64,000 nt of DNA from Eledone cirrhosa. Taxonomy: Eukaryota. Of the stretch, positions 39,084 through 52,083 are shown one piece after another. Within the stretch, counting starts at the first letter, position 1. Each line of letters opens with the position of its first letter. The translations under genes were made by a program, and so were the position numbers. Below the pieces are notes generated by a model, which worked only from the letters and a program-made list of their open reading frames with translations, was not told the DNA's origin and did not search any database. The stretch lies in assembly GCA_964016885.1 (NCBI GenBank), contig OZ024740.1, positions 351,788,001 through 351,852,000 on the forward strand, written 5' to 3'.

Positions 39084-39751
39084 TATGTATATTATTTTAA
39101 CCACAAGGAAATATGTAACCCTAGGTTTATATACCCAACCACATATAGTAGTATTCTGAAATGGATGTACTAATTTTCATATTGTGTTGGTAGAAAATTA
39201 AGTTGTACACTAAGCAGCTGAAGTGTACAATAAAGTATCTGCATATCTTAGCACACAATATATATCTTAATTATCAACACGAGTACTTAGGAGATTGTTA
39301 TGATAAGATGCAACCAGTACACTCAGTAAAGTGGTACTGTTGGTGCAACAATGAAATACACCTAGTACACTCTGTAATGTGGTTGGAGTTAGGAAGAGCA
39401 TCCAACTATATAAACCATGCCAAATATGAAACAGATGAACAAAATGATGCCTGTCCAACCTATTTAGTCTCAGACAAAGTCAATCCCTGTAACCCATGCC
39501 AGCATGGAAGGTAGATGTAAGATAAAGATGACAACAGATAAACAGGCAGACAGACAGATACAAATGTGTGTGGTCTCACACATCATGATAGCTGAAACTT
39601 CTGTATGTCAATATAGTGATTTTTGATTATCCAAACAAAGAAATCATCTTTTTGACTAGAGCAGTATGATGTAGATGAAAGTTTAGCAGCAACTTTTTCA
39701 ACTAGGTAGAGAACACATACATACATTATATATATATATATATATATATAT

Positions 39752-41281
39752 ACGAAAGGCTTCTAAATGAGGAGAACAAATGGGAGAAAGACAGTCTCCC
39801 CCAGATCGATCCAATAGAGGGACCAGCAGTGTTAGTTGAAGGTAGTATAATAAGTAAGGCAATCAAAGATATGAAGACGGGTAAGGCGGCTGGGCCTTCG
39901 GAAATAGTTGCTGAGATGCTGAAGGCATCTGGTTCGGTGGGACACACCATGGTCACCCGGATAGTTAACCAAGTCGTACAGAATGGGGTTGTTCCGAAGG
40001 AATGGAGTAGCAGCATCATCGTTAACTGCTATAAGGGAAAAGGAGATGCCCTAGATAGGAGTAACTATAGAGGCATTAAATTAATCGACCAGGTCATGAA
40101 GGTCACGGAAAAAGTAATAGCGCAACTAATCAGAGAGAGAATTGATCTAGATGAAATGCAGTTCGGGTTTGTGTCAGGCAAAAGTACCACAGACGCTCTT
40201 TTCATTGTACGACAACTACAGGAGAAGTACCTAGCTAAAAGTAAACCCCTATACTACCCACAAAATACTAGCTCCTTCAACTGCGCAGAGGGTTCTATAG
40301 AAATAGTGGACAGCTTCAGTTATCTGGGTGACAAAATCAGCAGTGGGGGAGGGTGCTCTGAATGTACAGTAGCTAGAGTCAGAACTGGATGGAAAAAGTT
40401 CAGAGAGCTTATACCACTATTAGCCGCTAGAGGGTTCTCCCTAAAAATGAAAGGCAGGTTATACGATGCCTGCATACGAACAGCAATGCTGCATGGCAGT
40501 GAGACCTGGGCATTGTGTGCAGAGGATATACGCAGACTAGAGAGGAACGAAGCTTGCATGCTCCGCTGGATGTGCAATAGTAATATACGTGAACGGCAAA
40601 GCATAAACGAACTAAGGAAAAAATTAGAAATAAGAGGGATCAGATGTTGTTTACTCGAGAGAAGGCTACGTTGGTACGGTCACGTGATGCGCATGAAAGA
40701 CGACAGCTGTATAATAAAGTGCAGGGCAATAAAGATAGACGGTAGCCACGGAGTAGGCAGACCCAGAAAAACATGGGACGAGCTGATAAATTCCGACCTC
40801 ACACGCTTACACCTCTCCAAGACAATGTCACTGGACCGAGACCTTTGGCGGTACTCAGGAATAGAGAAGACCCGCCTTACCTAAATACAAAGTAAAAACC
40901 TACTACAGTCAGTAGGCATCTCTATCAAAACACACCCCCGTCCCACCACCTCCACCCCACCCACACCGCCCCTTTCAATGTAAAGTTATGTTGGTCCCAC
41001 AACATCCAGGCCGAAACAAATGAGATCGTGTAGGTGTCACGACAAAAAACACACAGTCCACGCTGTAAATGTGGCCGTGTAGGCAACACGGTAAAAACCT
41101 CCCAGCCCCACACTGTAAATGTGGTTGGTGTTAGGAAGGGCATCCAACTGTAGAAAACCCGCCAGACAGTCCTATGCGAGCAAGACAACCACTCTTGCCT
41201 CAAGTGGGAAAACCCCCGTCCAAACCCATGCAAGCGTGGAACACGGACGCTAAACCTGATGATGATGATGATGATGATGAT
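39752..41281 (+). mobile_element. RTE-clade LINE, 5'-truncated and internally deleted, with 3' UTR and (GAT)n tail, inside (TA)n
   Basis: Stop-free ORF to 40884 with the RT N-terminus (KAAGPSEI, YKGKGD...NYRGIKL, QFGF) and RTE C-terminus (F.YLG, RRLRWYGHVMR, GRPRKTW). (TA)n at 39727-39751 and 41281-41299. Confidence 0.92.
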
Positions 41282-42544
41282 ATATATATATATATATATC
41301 AGATTTAATATACAAATGGCTTCTACAGGACTAGAACTGTTTCATCCAAAGGAAATTTTCGAGTTCTCCTGATGATTTCCTTCAAATGAAACAGTTCTAG
41401 TTTTGTAGAAGCCATTTTTATATTAAATCTTGTATATACTCTAATATGTATTGAGTATTTTACAGTTTTTTACAACCTTCCAACCTCCTTTTTTTCCTGA
41501 TGATGTTGAAACATTCCTTTTCCTTTTCCAAGCAGGAAGCTAATAAGACTTTGCATAATTGTATCTTTGTCTTTTATATTATATATATACATGTAAATAT
41601 ATATATATATGTGTGTGTGTGAGTGTTCTAATAAGTAGAAGTTACTTTCCTCAGGCAAATATTGAACTCACAACTCACTGATTGGCAAGCAAAAATGTGT
41701 CCTAAATAAGTTATCATTAAAGTGTCCTAGATTTCTTCAACCATAGCTAAATAAATATTAACAGAGAATGAACAAGGAAATCTTTATCTCCATGCATGGC
41801 ATCTTGCCATTTCAGGTAGCTCCAATAATAGTCTTCATTTCATTTTACTACAGACACACAGATTCCCTTAAATACCCCCCCCCCCTCCCTCTCTCTCTCA
41901 TACAGAATTATATACACACAAGACTATATCGAGGTAATAATGCTTAATATTGCCTTAAGCGTTTTGATTCTCATCAAGTATGTATATTTAGTAGAAGTGA
42001 TAGAAAAAGAAAACACACAAACATATCACATCCCTACACACATTAGTGTATATATGAGGTGGGTGGGGTGGTTGTGGGCGTTCATATGTAGAAAGAGAGA
42101 GAAGGCAAGATGTGAAATAAATAGATAGATAGATATACAGATAAACCAAGAAGAAAAGCAAAAAAGAAAGATTAAATGAATGAGAGAAAAATCTAAGATA
42201 AGTGAGGGACAAATCAGATATTTTGTCAGATAAGACAAGTGATAAAGATAAAAATAAGTTTAAGAAATACCATGAAATGAAAATGATAAGGAAAAATGTC
42301 TTTTCCACCCGCTGCAGCCCACAAACCCATCTCCGTCAAAGAAAAGAAGAAAAAGCAAGGAAATTGTCCAAATAGAAAATATGTGTAGAGGTAGTGATAA
42401 AAGAGTAATTACATATTCAAGGGTGGCAAGGAAGAATGGTTTTAAAAATAGAGTCTGTCATTCAGTACTTTTTGAATATCTGAGAGACTGTCCAGATTTA
42501 TTATATGAGATGAAATTGAGTGATATGACTTTCATGCATTTCTT

Positions 42545-42880
42545 TAAATAGTATTCTTCTTGTACCATCACTGTGTCAGTGTTTGTCGAACCATGACGTT
42601 CCGTGCTGTTCGATCTTGGGAGTTCTCATATTTCTGGAGCTTTGATGTTGAGATTGTCAAAAGAGGACGACTTCTGACGACCCCAGGAATTTTTCCGCAA
42701 ATGGAAAGGTCTTCCAGCATGCCTTTCCTGATGGTATGCCCTAGGAACATAGTTGTCTCTTTTTAATGGTGAGCAGTATCTCATGTTCCATCCGCACTCT
42801 CTCCAGAACCTCTTCATTATTTATTTGGTCAACATATGAGATCCTGAGTGTTTTACGATAGAAATACATCTTGGTAGAGT
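42545..42880 (-). mobile_element. Decayed RTE/BovB-like LINE 3' fragment
   Basis: FLGHTIRKGMLEDLSICGKIPG..RSRP resembles the RTE C-terminal FLGH..R...LE.....GKI.G.R.RGR. Confidence 0.65.
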
Positions 42881-42955
42881 ATTAGGTCATAATGGAAGGG
42901 ATCATGTAACTGTTCTTGTTGTTTAGCCTCTGCTCAGCCTCATTGAAAAGACTTA

Positions 42956-43359
42956 CTCTCGGCTCCCAAATAATAGGGGGCATTAGAATAAGCAGGTGTG
43001 TGTGGAATAAGCAGGGAGGTGTGGAATAAGCAGGGGGAGGTAAGTGAGGGGGTTCGAAAATCGGTCATTTTTCTACTTTGTCTCCATTGATTTTTAAAAA
43101 ATCAGAATTACTCATTTAGTTTACATATTGAGACTCCAATCAATCCTATTTATTTTATAATGTATGTGATTTCTAGTAATGTACTTTTTTAGTCATCTAT
43201 GATGTTTTTTAATGTATAAAGAAAACTAATTGTTGCAGGAAAGCTACCACTTAAAATAAAATTTCACTGGTGATGGATTAGCAAAATTTGATAAGTGGAG
43301 GAGAGGGGGGTCTTAAAAATTAATGGGGAGGGAGGGGGTGATTATTCGAGATCAGAGAG
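42956..43359. mobile_element. Tc1/mariner-type MITE with TA TSD
   Basis: TA|ctctcggctcccaaataat ... attattcgagatcagagag|TA imperfect TIRs, subterminal ggaataagcagg repeats. It splits an older repeat. Confidence 0.65.
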
Positions 43360-43565
43360 TATAATCAATGACATTCCAGTTGTTAACCATCCTTGATTTT
43401 TTTGTGTGTGGTGGGTATCAGGAACTACATTGTTGAATGTATCCTTTTTAAATTGCATTCAGAATCAAGACTCAAGTTTTACTGATTTTTCCATCTGAGG
43501 AGAAATGATTGAAAATATATATATAATTCTGATAGATAAAACTAGCAATTTTGAGTTAGAGTCCT

Positions 43566-43945
43566 TAGCTGTGAACAGAATGAACTGTGATGTGGAATCA
43601 CTTTCAGTTATTCCTCTATATATAGGAAAACATAAGAGATTAATTTGATGCCTGTATTTCAGATGATATTGCATTTCTCATCAGAAAATAATTGTTTCTA
43701 ATTTTGGCACAAGGCCAGCAATTACCCAGTGCATTACTAGTACTTTATTTTATCGACCCCGTAAGGATGAAAGGCAAAGTTAACCTCGGCAGGATATAAT
43801 GACAGAGAGAGTCATTGGGTAATTATTCTCTGATGAGGACACAATAACATCTGAAATGCAGACAAGAATTAGCTTTTATGTTTTTCTGTGTATGAAGGAA
43901 TAATTGAAGATGTTTACACTTCACAGTTCATTCTTTTCACAGTAA
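43566..43945. repeat. Diverged inverted repeat (arms about 125 bp, 43566-43693 and 43820-43945), each arm with a hammerhead-like core, a SINE fragment in the spacer
   Basis: gtgaacagaatgaactgtga pairs with tcacagttcattcttttcac. CTGATGA...GAAA at 43684 (-) and 43830 (+). Confidence 0.7.
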
Positions 43946-44114
43946 TTATATCTACCTTAGGTTTACCCTAAACCTTCAAATATATGCTATTTTTTTTAGC
44001 ATAAATATCTATTATCTTTAAAAAAAAGATACATTTGTACATTTGTCAGTGTAATTCTTAACAGATTTATGCAGCTTTGGTTGATTCTTGTACTGTTTCT
44101 GTACAGATATGTAT

Positions 44115-45001
44115 TTAACAATGGATCTCAGACTGGCAACTCAAGCTAGCTGTGGACAAGTGCACCACCATGCATTTTGAGAGTAAAAACCCAGCATCCA
44201 CATACTCCCTCCATGGCACTAATATCAAGAAGTCTTCTTGTGAAGGTGACCTGGGCATTACGGTCAGCAGCGATTTGCGTTGGACGAAGCACATCTCTAA
44301 AATTGTCAAGAGGGCCGAGGGTGTCTTAGCATCACTCAGCAAGACCTTTGTCAGCCGCTCTCCAGCTATCTATTTAAGGCTGTACATGGCTATGGTGCAA
44401 CCACACTTAGAATTTGCATCACCAGTCTGGAACCCCTATCTTGCTCAGAACATTGACCGCCTGGAAACTGTTCAGAGACATGCAACCAAGCGAATACCCT
44501 CCATCAGGCATCTACCATACTCTGAACGCCTTGCTTCCCTGGGCATGGATACATTGAAGCTCCGACGCCTGGCAACTGACTTGGTAAACACCCACAAAAT
44601 TGTTAACCATCTTGCCAACAACAACCCTGAGTACCTTTTTGATTTCCATGTATCTAACACACGTGGGCATGCCCACAAAGTCAGAAAACAGCACAGTTCC
44701 CATGACTTTCAGAAACATTTTTTCACGCTCAGAGTTGCTAAAACATGGAACAAACTACCTGCATCAGTTGTTAGCTGTCGAGACACTGCATCCTTTAAAA
44801 CCTCCATGCTTCCCAAGATTCACCAACACTACACCTAATGTTCCCCTCCATACACATACACACATGTATATCATGACTCATACACTATTCACTTCCCTGA
44901 CATTTGTATATTATTCTATGTACTATACATGCACCTTTGACGAGTTGTAGTGCACCTGAGCACTTTACACAATAATTTCATTATTATTATTATTATTATT
45001 A
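44115..45001 (+). mobile_element. CR1/L2-type LINE 3' portion with (ATT)n tail
   Basis: 228-aa open frame with DLGITVSSDLRWTKHI, LY.AMVQPHLEFASPVWNP, LETVQR.ATK, TRGH..K and FF..RVAKTWNKLP motifs, then 3' UTR and ATT repeats. Confidence 0.9.
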
Positions 45002-48000
45002 TCATATTACAAGAGTGAATAGGTGATAATCTAGTGATAAAAATATATTATTAATCTTCACTTTTCTCTTACTTATTTTTATCCTGCGAAGACATGTCCA
45101 TACTTTTTTAAGTCCTACAGATTAGATGATAAAAATATAGGTTAAATTAGTAGAGTAATTAAAAAAAAAAGAAAAAGAATTGTAGAAGTTGTCATGATTA
45201 AAGTGTTTAGCATGTGTTCTGGCTTCTGGGAGGATAAGGATACGGTGAGAACATTGATGGTTAAGGATGAGTAAGTTGGGCGGAATAGAGGTTACTGTAG
45301 CAGTAGTTGAAAAGATATGGCTGTGAGGGAGAACAAGTCAATGAAAAGGTCAGAGTATTTATGACTAAAGTTTATATAACAGGTAAAGGCTTCATTTTAG
45401 ACATGCTGAGGTAGGAAATATTTTAATGGAATAAAATCTGGCTATTTAACCCTTTTGATAGTATACCACCAGAAACTGCCTCTGGTTCCACCATATAAAA
45501 CTGTTTATTTTAAAGTGTTTATATTTATCTAAAAACTTTCTATCATAATTTTATGTAAGCATCTTGTGTTAAGTTATGTTCCAAACATAACTTAACACCA
45601 GGTTCTTACAGCAGCTTAATAGTGAGAAAGCTAGCTATATTACTAAAGCCTTCAAACTATTGATTATTTTCAAAGTGGTTTAAGAACCATAGGCAGTGTC
45701 TTATGTTACAAATATGTAAATGAAAGAGTTAAGAAATCCATATCTGTAAAATAATTGTTTCTTTTTTAGGCACAAGGTCAGCAATTTGAAGGAGAAGGGA
45801 AAGTTGATTAAATCAACCCCAATGCATTACTGGTGCTTTATTTTATCGACCCCGTAAGGATGAAAAGCAAAGGTAACTGCAGCAAGATTTGAACTCAGAA
45901 CATAACGGGCCATAACTATGCCACTAAGTATGCTGTCCAATCCACCACCCTTATCTGTAAAATAATATAAGGAAACCAAGAGTAAGTTAGTTAACCTTAC
46001 AAAATACTTAGTTTATGTAAATTTAAGGAGCCACAGCCTGTTTTATTGTGTCTTTAAATTAGGCCTATATTCCTACCTTCTTAGCAGAAAACATGTATTC
46101 CTAGTTAAGGGTTAGGATTTGAAAAGCTATCCAGTTGTAAATTTAAAAAAAATACTTGTTTTAAGAAATATCTAAACTATTTGACTATTTAAATTAATGG
46201 TATTGGTCAGGTAGTTTGAGACCACTGTACACAATAAGGTAGAGCATCAGAGACGATGCTTTGCGACATAGAGTTCTGGCCCTTTACGTTCGGAGTTCAA
46301 ATCCCGCCGAGGTTAACTTTGCTTTTCATTCTTACCGGGTTGATAAAATAAAGCACCAGTAATGCACTGGGGTCAATTTAATTGACTTTCCCCTCCTCTG
46401 CAAATTGTTGGCCTTGTGCCTAAAGTAGAAACAATTATTATATACATGATAGAAGTAATCCAAATATGAATGTTGTTGTTTAACCCTAGGTTAGCTTTAA
46501 TCAAACAGACATGTTCAAAAGTGTTCCAGCTGTGATCATCCTATCTTTTATTCAGACATTTCTACAACTACATTATTCAATGTGTTGTTCTTCCATTTTT
46601 AAAAACTGTGTAAAGAGAGAGAATTGTTCTCACTCTTTAGCTCCTCTTATGGTAAGAAACGTAACAAAAAAGAAGAGTAACAAAAAAGAAGAGAAACAAA
46701 AACTAAAAAAAAAAGGAGCAGTCTGATAGAGCACCCTTAAACAATGACTGGCAGAGAGAAATAGAATCACTTAATATGCCAATTGTAATGCTAAACCCCC
46801 TCAAGAATGTTATCTGTTGCTTATTCAGAAACTGGTAACTACACTGTGTGCAATATTGTATTGTATTCTTGAATCATTGGTGCCTCCTTCACCATTTCTC
46901 TCTCTCTCTCAATCACTTACTCTCTTTATAGTTCTACTCTTTTCTCCTCTCCCTCTCTACCTCCTCTCTTTCATACTTTTAGTATATTTACCCTCATTTT
47001 CACCACTCATCCTGCTTCTTTATCACACTCATCCTCACCTTTTTTTATTTAACAGAAAAAATCCTTTTTAGTTATATTTTTTTTAAGATTTATTAGAATC
47101 TTCTTTACCCCCACCTCACTCTTGCTAATTCATTCTCCTCTCTCCCTCCCTCCCTCTCTCTCCCTATCTCTCTCTCCTTCCCCCTCTCTCTCCTATGATC
47201 CACCCCCTTCACTTTCATTCTATTGTTACTGAACAAGTGAAGAGAGAAAGAGACAAAACTGAATTGGATTTTTTCCCTTATCTCTTCCAGGACAATTGCC
47301 GTTATGGAAACACCCAACAAACAAAAACAAAGCAAAAAAAAAAAAAAAAAAAAAAAACACAAGAAAGAAAAAAAGAAAAAAGATAGAAAGAAAAACGAAA
47401 AAAAGAAAGAAGAAAGAAAGAGTTAAAATCTATCAAATTCAACTTCATTGTTCTTTTTGCAATATTTTTACTACATTAGATTGCAAATTTCTTTCTTGAA
47501 ACATTTATCTCTACAACCACCCAACTTCCACTCCATATACTACTTTTCACAATCTCTCTTAGAATGTTCCAGTCTTCCACTCTTCCCTACCTTTCTAGTC
47601 AAATCTATTCCACCCACGTGTCTCATTTTTTAAAAAAATCTTTATTTTATTCATTGTATCTTTTCACAACGATTACACCCACCACTACCATCCCTCAAAG
47701 AAATTCTATTTTTAAAACAAGCTTTAACAATACACTCTACTATTCATATACCAATATTTCTTATGCACACATTTCATTATAATGAAAGTGTTAGGGTAAC
47801 AGAAGTTGCAGAGCATTAGAATAAATGTCTATTTGCAACAGGTACATACTGATCAGTTCTCATAACTTTATCACTTTTGATCATTTGGTTGAACAACTTT
47901 TAACAGACTAAGGCTGGTCTGCTTTGGCTGTAGCTTTTCACATTGAAACAAGGGTCGTCATTTTTAGAAGAGGTGTATGTATGTATGATCCCGTAACTCC

Positions 48001-48646
48001 TGATAGGGTTATGGGGGTGCCATAGTGACATACAGTGTTTCTTGGGTATATTAAGCCTGGCAGAGCCCATCCCTCTCCAGACCTGAGTACAGCAGATTTC
48101 TTCCACGGAAAGATAGAAAGTGAGAGAGAGGAAATGAGAAAGAGATTCAGAGGAAGAATCTACTCCAGTACTTGACCAGTACTTTTTTTATCGACCTCAA
48201 AAAGATGAAAGGCAAAGACGACCTCGGCAGGAGTTGAACTCCAAGAACCGGAATAAATACTATAACGCATTCGATCCGACATTCTAATGACTTTGCCAAT
48301 TCACTGCCTAGAGGATGTGTAAAGTTGGGTAAAATCCTCCTCATTATTATCATCATCGTTTAACGCCCATCTTCCATGCTAGCCTGGGTTGGACGGGTTT
48401 GTCCCATTGAGAGGCAAGTTGGGTCAGGTGACCATGTCTTACTCATATACGACTGTTTCTGGCTGGTTTTCTATGGCAGGATCCCCTTCCTGACGTCAAC
48501 CACATTTACAGTGTGTGCTGGGTGCTTTTTTGCCTTGTCTTTTTCATGACCACTTTACAGTGTGGGCTGGATGTTTTGTGGTACCAACATAACATATATA
48601 TATATCATGATAAAGATATATATATATTTGTGCATATACACATATA

Positions 48647-49290
48647 TCATCATCACCACCACCATTTTACGTCTATTTTCCATGCTAGCATGGGTTACGA
48701 GTTGTCCTGTTGTGGGCAATGCTAGTTCAGGTGACCATGTCTTGCTCATACAGAACTGATTCTGGCTTGGTTTCTACAGTTGGATGCCCTTCCTAACACC
48801 AACCTCATGTACAGTGAGTACTGGATGCTTTTTGTTGTGACACCTACATGACCACTTTACAGTGTGGACTAGGTGCTTTTCGTTGTGACACTTACATGAC
48901 CACTTTACAGTGTGGACTGGGTGCTTTTTGCCATGTCACCATCATGACAACTTTACAGTGTGGGCTGGAGACTTCACTGGTTGCATTTACTTTGGCCTCT
49001 CCTCATAGGGGTGTATGGGAGGCTGGGTTGGGACATACTATATATACGCTTCAGCTTTTGCCCTTGGGAAGTCGAGTCCTCTGTATTATTGCATATCACT
49101 AGAGATCTCGATCTTTGAGAGGTGCAATTGGGCAAGGCCAGCTTTTATCACCTCATCCCAAGTCTTCCTGGGTCTCCCTATTCCAAGGCTTCCATCAACT
49201 TTGAGCGCTCTGCGCTTTTTTATGCAGCTGTCATCCTTCATACGCATCACATGTCCATACTAGTGTAATATCCTCTCCTGCACACAGTTG
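48647..49290 (-). mobile_element. RTE LINE 3' end plus 3' UTR (family of 39752-41281), with 48-bp internal sub-repeats
   Basis: The reverse complement of 49090-49290 encodes YGHVMRMKDDSCIKKRR...GRPRKTWDEVI. atgac.actttacagtgtgg repeats at 48848, 48896 and 48944. (CAT)n at the left end. Confidence 0.82.
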
Positions 49291-50227
49291 GGTAAAATCA
49301 TCAATTCAAATTTTTAATTTATCAACCCAAGAGGGATGAAAGCAAAGCTAATCTCTCTAAGATTTGAGCACAGAAGCGTAGAAATATGGGACTCTATTAC
49401 TGCAATGCATTTCATCTAGTGCTGTAATTATTTCTACCATTCTACCAATTTCAGGAAACTATATATATTAACAAACAAATTAGGTAGATAAAGCAAGTGA
49501 TGAATAATGCACTGTGCAGAGAGGACTCCAGTCATGTTAAGCATGTGACAATTTTTCTGGTGCTAGTGTCATGATAAGATTCATCCAGTACTCTCTGTAA
49601 CGTCATAGTGCTAGTGCCATGATAAAATGCACCTAGAACCTTCTGTAAAGTAGTTGATATTAGGAAGGGCATCCAGCCATAAAATCATGTCAAACCATGG
49701 AATGTATGCACAAGACACTCATGGACTGTGACAACCCATTCAACATATGATAGCATAGCACACAGATGTATGATGATAATGATGATGATAATGATAACAA
49801 CTATGATGATGATTATGCCCTAAGATCTCAAGGCAAAACTGCCGCAATATTTGGAATTTTTAACCTTTGAGTTTACAGTAACAGCTAAAATTATTTTATT
49901 ATTTAGATTTTAGGAATAACAATTTCATAAACTAACAAAGCAATTAACTTTGCCAGTTTTACTGAAATGCAGTCAAACTTTTTATATATTAGTTACAGCA
50001 AATCAGTTATTATTTCATTTTATTCTTCAGTTTGTCTGACATCATTTTCTGAAAGTTGAGCCATGAAGCTGTCATGTGCTAGGAGCTATAACACAAGAAA
50101 ATTAGTGCAATGTTTGTTTTTATCTTTTCATTTTTGACTTCCTTCAACAATTTAACAGTATCAGTAATATTTGTTGTTAGGATTTACTACATTATCCAAT
50201 GTGTCATTCCCTTTTTTAAGGCATTAA

Positions 50228-50422
50228 CCCTTTAGCATTTACATTACTCTATATTTACTATTATATTTTCACGATAAACACTTTATCTTACATAATTATT
50301 TTGATATTATTTATTTAGAGAACAATACCTTAACATCAGTATGAGCAGCTGGTTACAGCTTGTTTGAACAGGAAGAGGTAAGAGAATTCTGGCTAGATAC
50401 AGTCGGTTTAAATGCTAAAGGG
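50228..50422. mobile_element. piggyBac-like MITE with TTAA TSD
   Basis: TTAA|CCCTTTAGCATTTA ... TAAATGCTAAAGGG|TTAA, perfect 14-bp TIR. Confidence 0.85.
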
Positions 50423-51029
50423 TTAAGTTGATTTAGCCTCTATTTCTAGCATATCATGCATCCATATAGCAGCTCCCTCATTGACTCATGTAATATTTGT
50501 TTCTTGGAGAATAGCCTAGTATATAAATGAGTTAATTCTATAGAAGGTATATTTCAGAATATAATAGATAGCATTTATTAATTCATATGTTCAATGACGT
50601 GTTATGTAATTTTATTCAAGCATTAATTACTAAAGCAGATGATTTATTACAGATAAGGATAATATATAAACAACTGAACTGGGTGAGTATTGATGGTTCT
50701 AGCCACAATGAAGTTGATTAAATCTAATTAGGTCAAAATTCTGATTCTTCAGCAGTTAGATATCCATGTTCTCTATAGTAATTATAATCCTAATACAATT
50801 TTAGAGCAAAGTTACAAATACTTTCTTATATATAATTAGTTATGTTTCCTATATAAACAAGATAGAAGGATGAAACTGTTAACACCTCTCACTTTCAATG
50901 TTTTCATTATATTCCAGCACTAAAAATTAGAGAAATTAAATCAGTTTTTACTATACTGAAGTTAAATTAAGTCCAGGAACAAATTAACAGTTGTATTAAA
51001 GGCATGACAACCTCTCTAGTACTGGTTCC

Positions 51030-51311
51030 CAGGGCTGGATTTAATGGGGAGCAAAGGAAGCAATTACCTCAGGCCCCTTGCAGTAGGGGGCCCCACCAGC
51101 AATGGCTGTAGCAATTTATTTGTGCCCTCAGCTGGGCTTCTTAGTTTTAGGAAGGTTAACATTTTTAATTTAATACTTATATGTATAACTTTTAATTCCA
51201 ATTACTTGCACCAATATGTAAAATTGGAGGGTTTTGCTGTGTATTCTAATTTTTTGTGTATGAGAGGACCCCAAACCTGAAGCCCCCTCCCAAGTTCTAA
51301 ATCCAACCCTA
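51030..51311. mobile_element. hAT-type MITE, second copy of 26889-27177 in the opposite orientation
   Basis: TIR cagggctggattta / taaatccaacccta, TSD ctggttcc / ctggtgcc (7/8). Confidence 0.8.
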
Positions 51312-51891
51312 CTGGTGCCACAATAAAATGTACCCAATAGAGCGAGGGAATGTTTTTGTATGGGAAATGTGGTTGCAGGAGTGAGTGAGATGCAGGCCCC
51401 TAGCCCATCTGAGAGGTCAATAAATCTGTTTGTGTACTGACTTGGCCTGCAGCAAGCTTTCCAACTCTTGTTAGCAGGGTGACAATACTGCTAGGAATAC
51501 GGTGTAATAAAATCCAAAGATCCAATCATCCAGCTTACAAAGGCTGGGTATGTCATAAATGCATATGACATATGTACTTGTCTTGTAGCACTCTATATAA
51601 ACCAACAAAGAAAAAATCATGTTTTATAAGCTAATGAGGAAGTCTCTGTATGGTCAATCAATCTACTAAAAATAGTAGCTAAATATCACTCAAATACTTG
51701 TTACCACCTTGAAAAACTGACAGATAATGTATTTCTAGCTACATAATGCCAAAGAGAAGAATGAATGAAATACTCATAACTAGAACACCTTTGTTCATAG
51801 CTGATCTGAGAACAACAAATAACACTATAAAAACATTGGTTGATGAAAGCTTGTAAGATAGAATCAACTAATTCAATAATTCATGATTATA

Positions 51892-52083
51892 TGAGGGACA
51901 ACTGAAAAGTTCATAGGCTGACTAAGATACTCTCATGGAATGATGAAATGAGGTTTATTTTTCGATATAGTCCATGGAATGAAACAATGAAGTTATTAAC
52001 AGGAAAAGTTGAAATTAATGCCTGCAAGATTTCAGAGCATCACCCCTTCATAGTCAGCCTATGAATTTTTCAGCCGACCCTCG
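51892..52083. mobile_element. mariner-type MITE
   Basis: TIRs of about 32 bp, tgagggacaactgaaaagttcataggctgact / agtcagcctatgaatttttcagccgaccctcg. TA on the left flank. Confidence 0.75.

Noticed and set aside
47900-48106. 68-aa minus-strand ORF as a possible alternative first GRIP exon
   Set aside because: GTG start, no convincing in-phase donor found and no recognisable homology.
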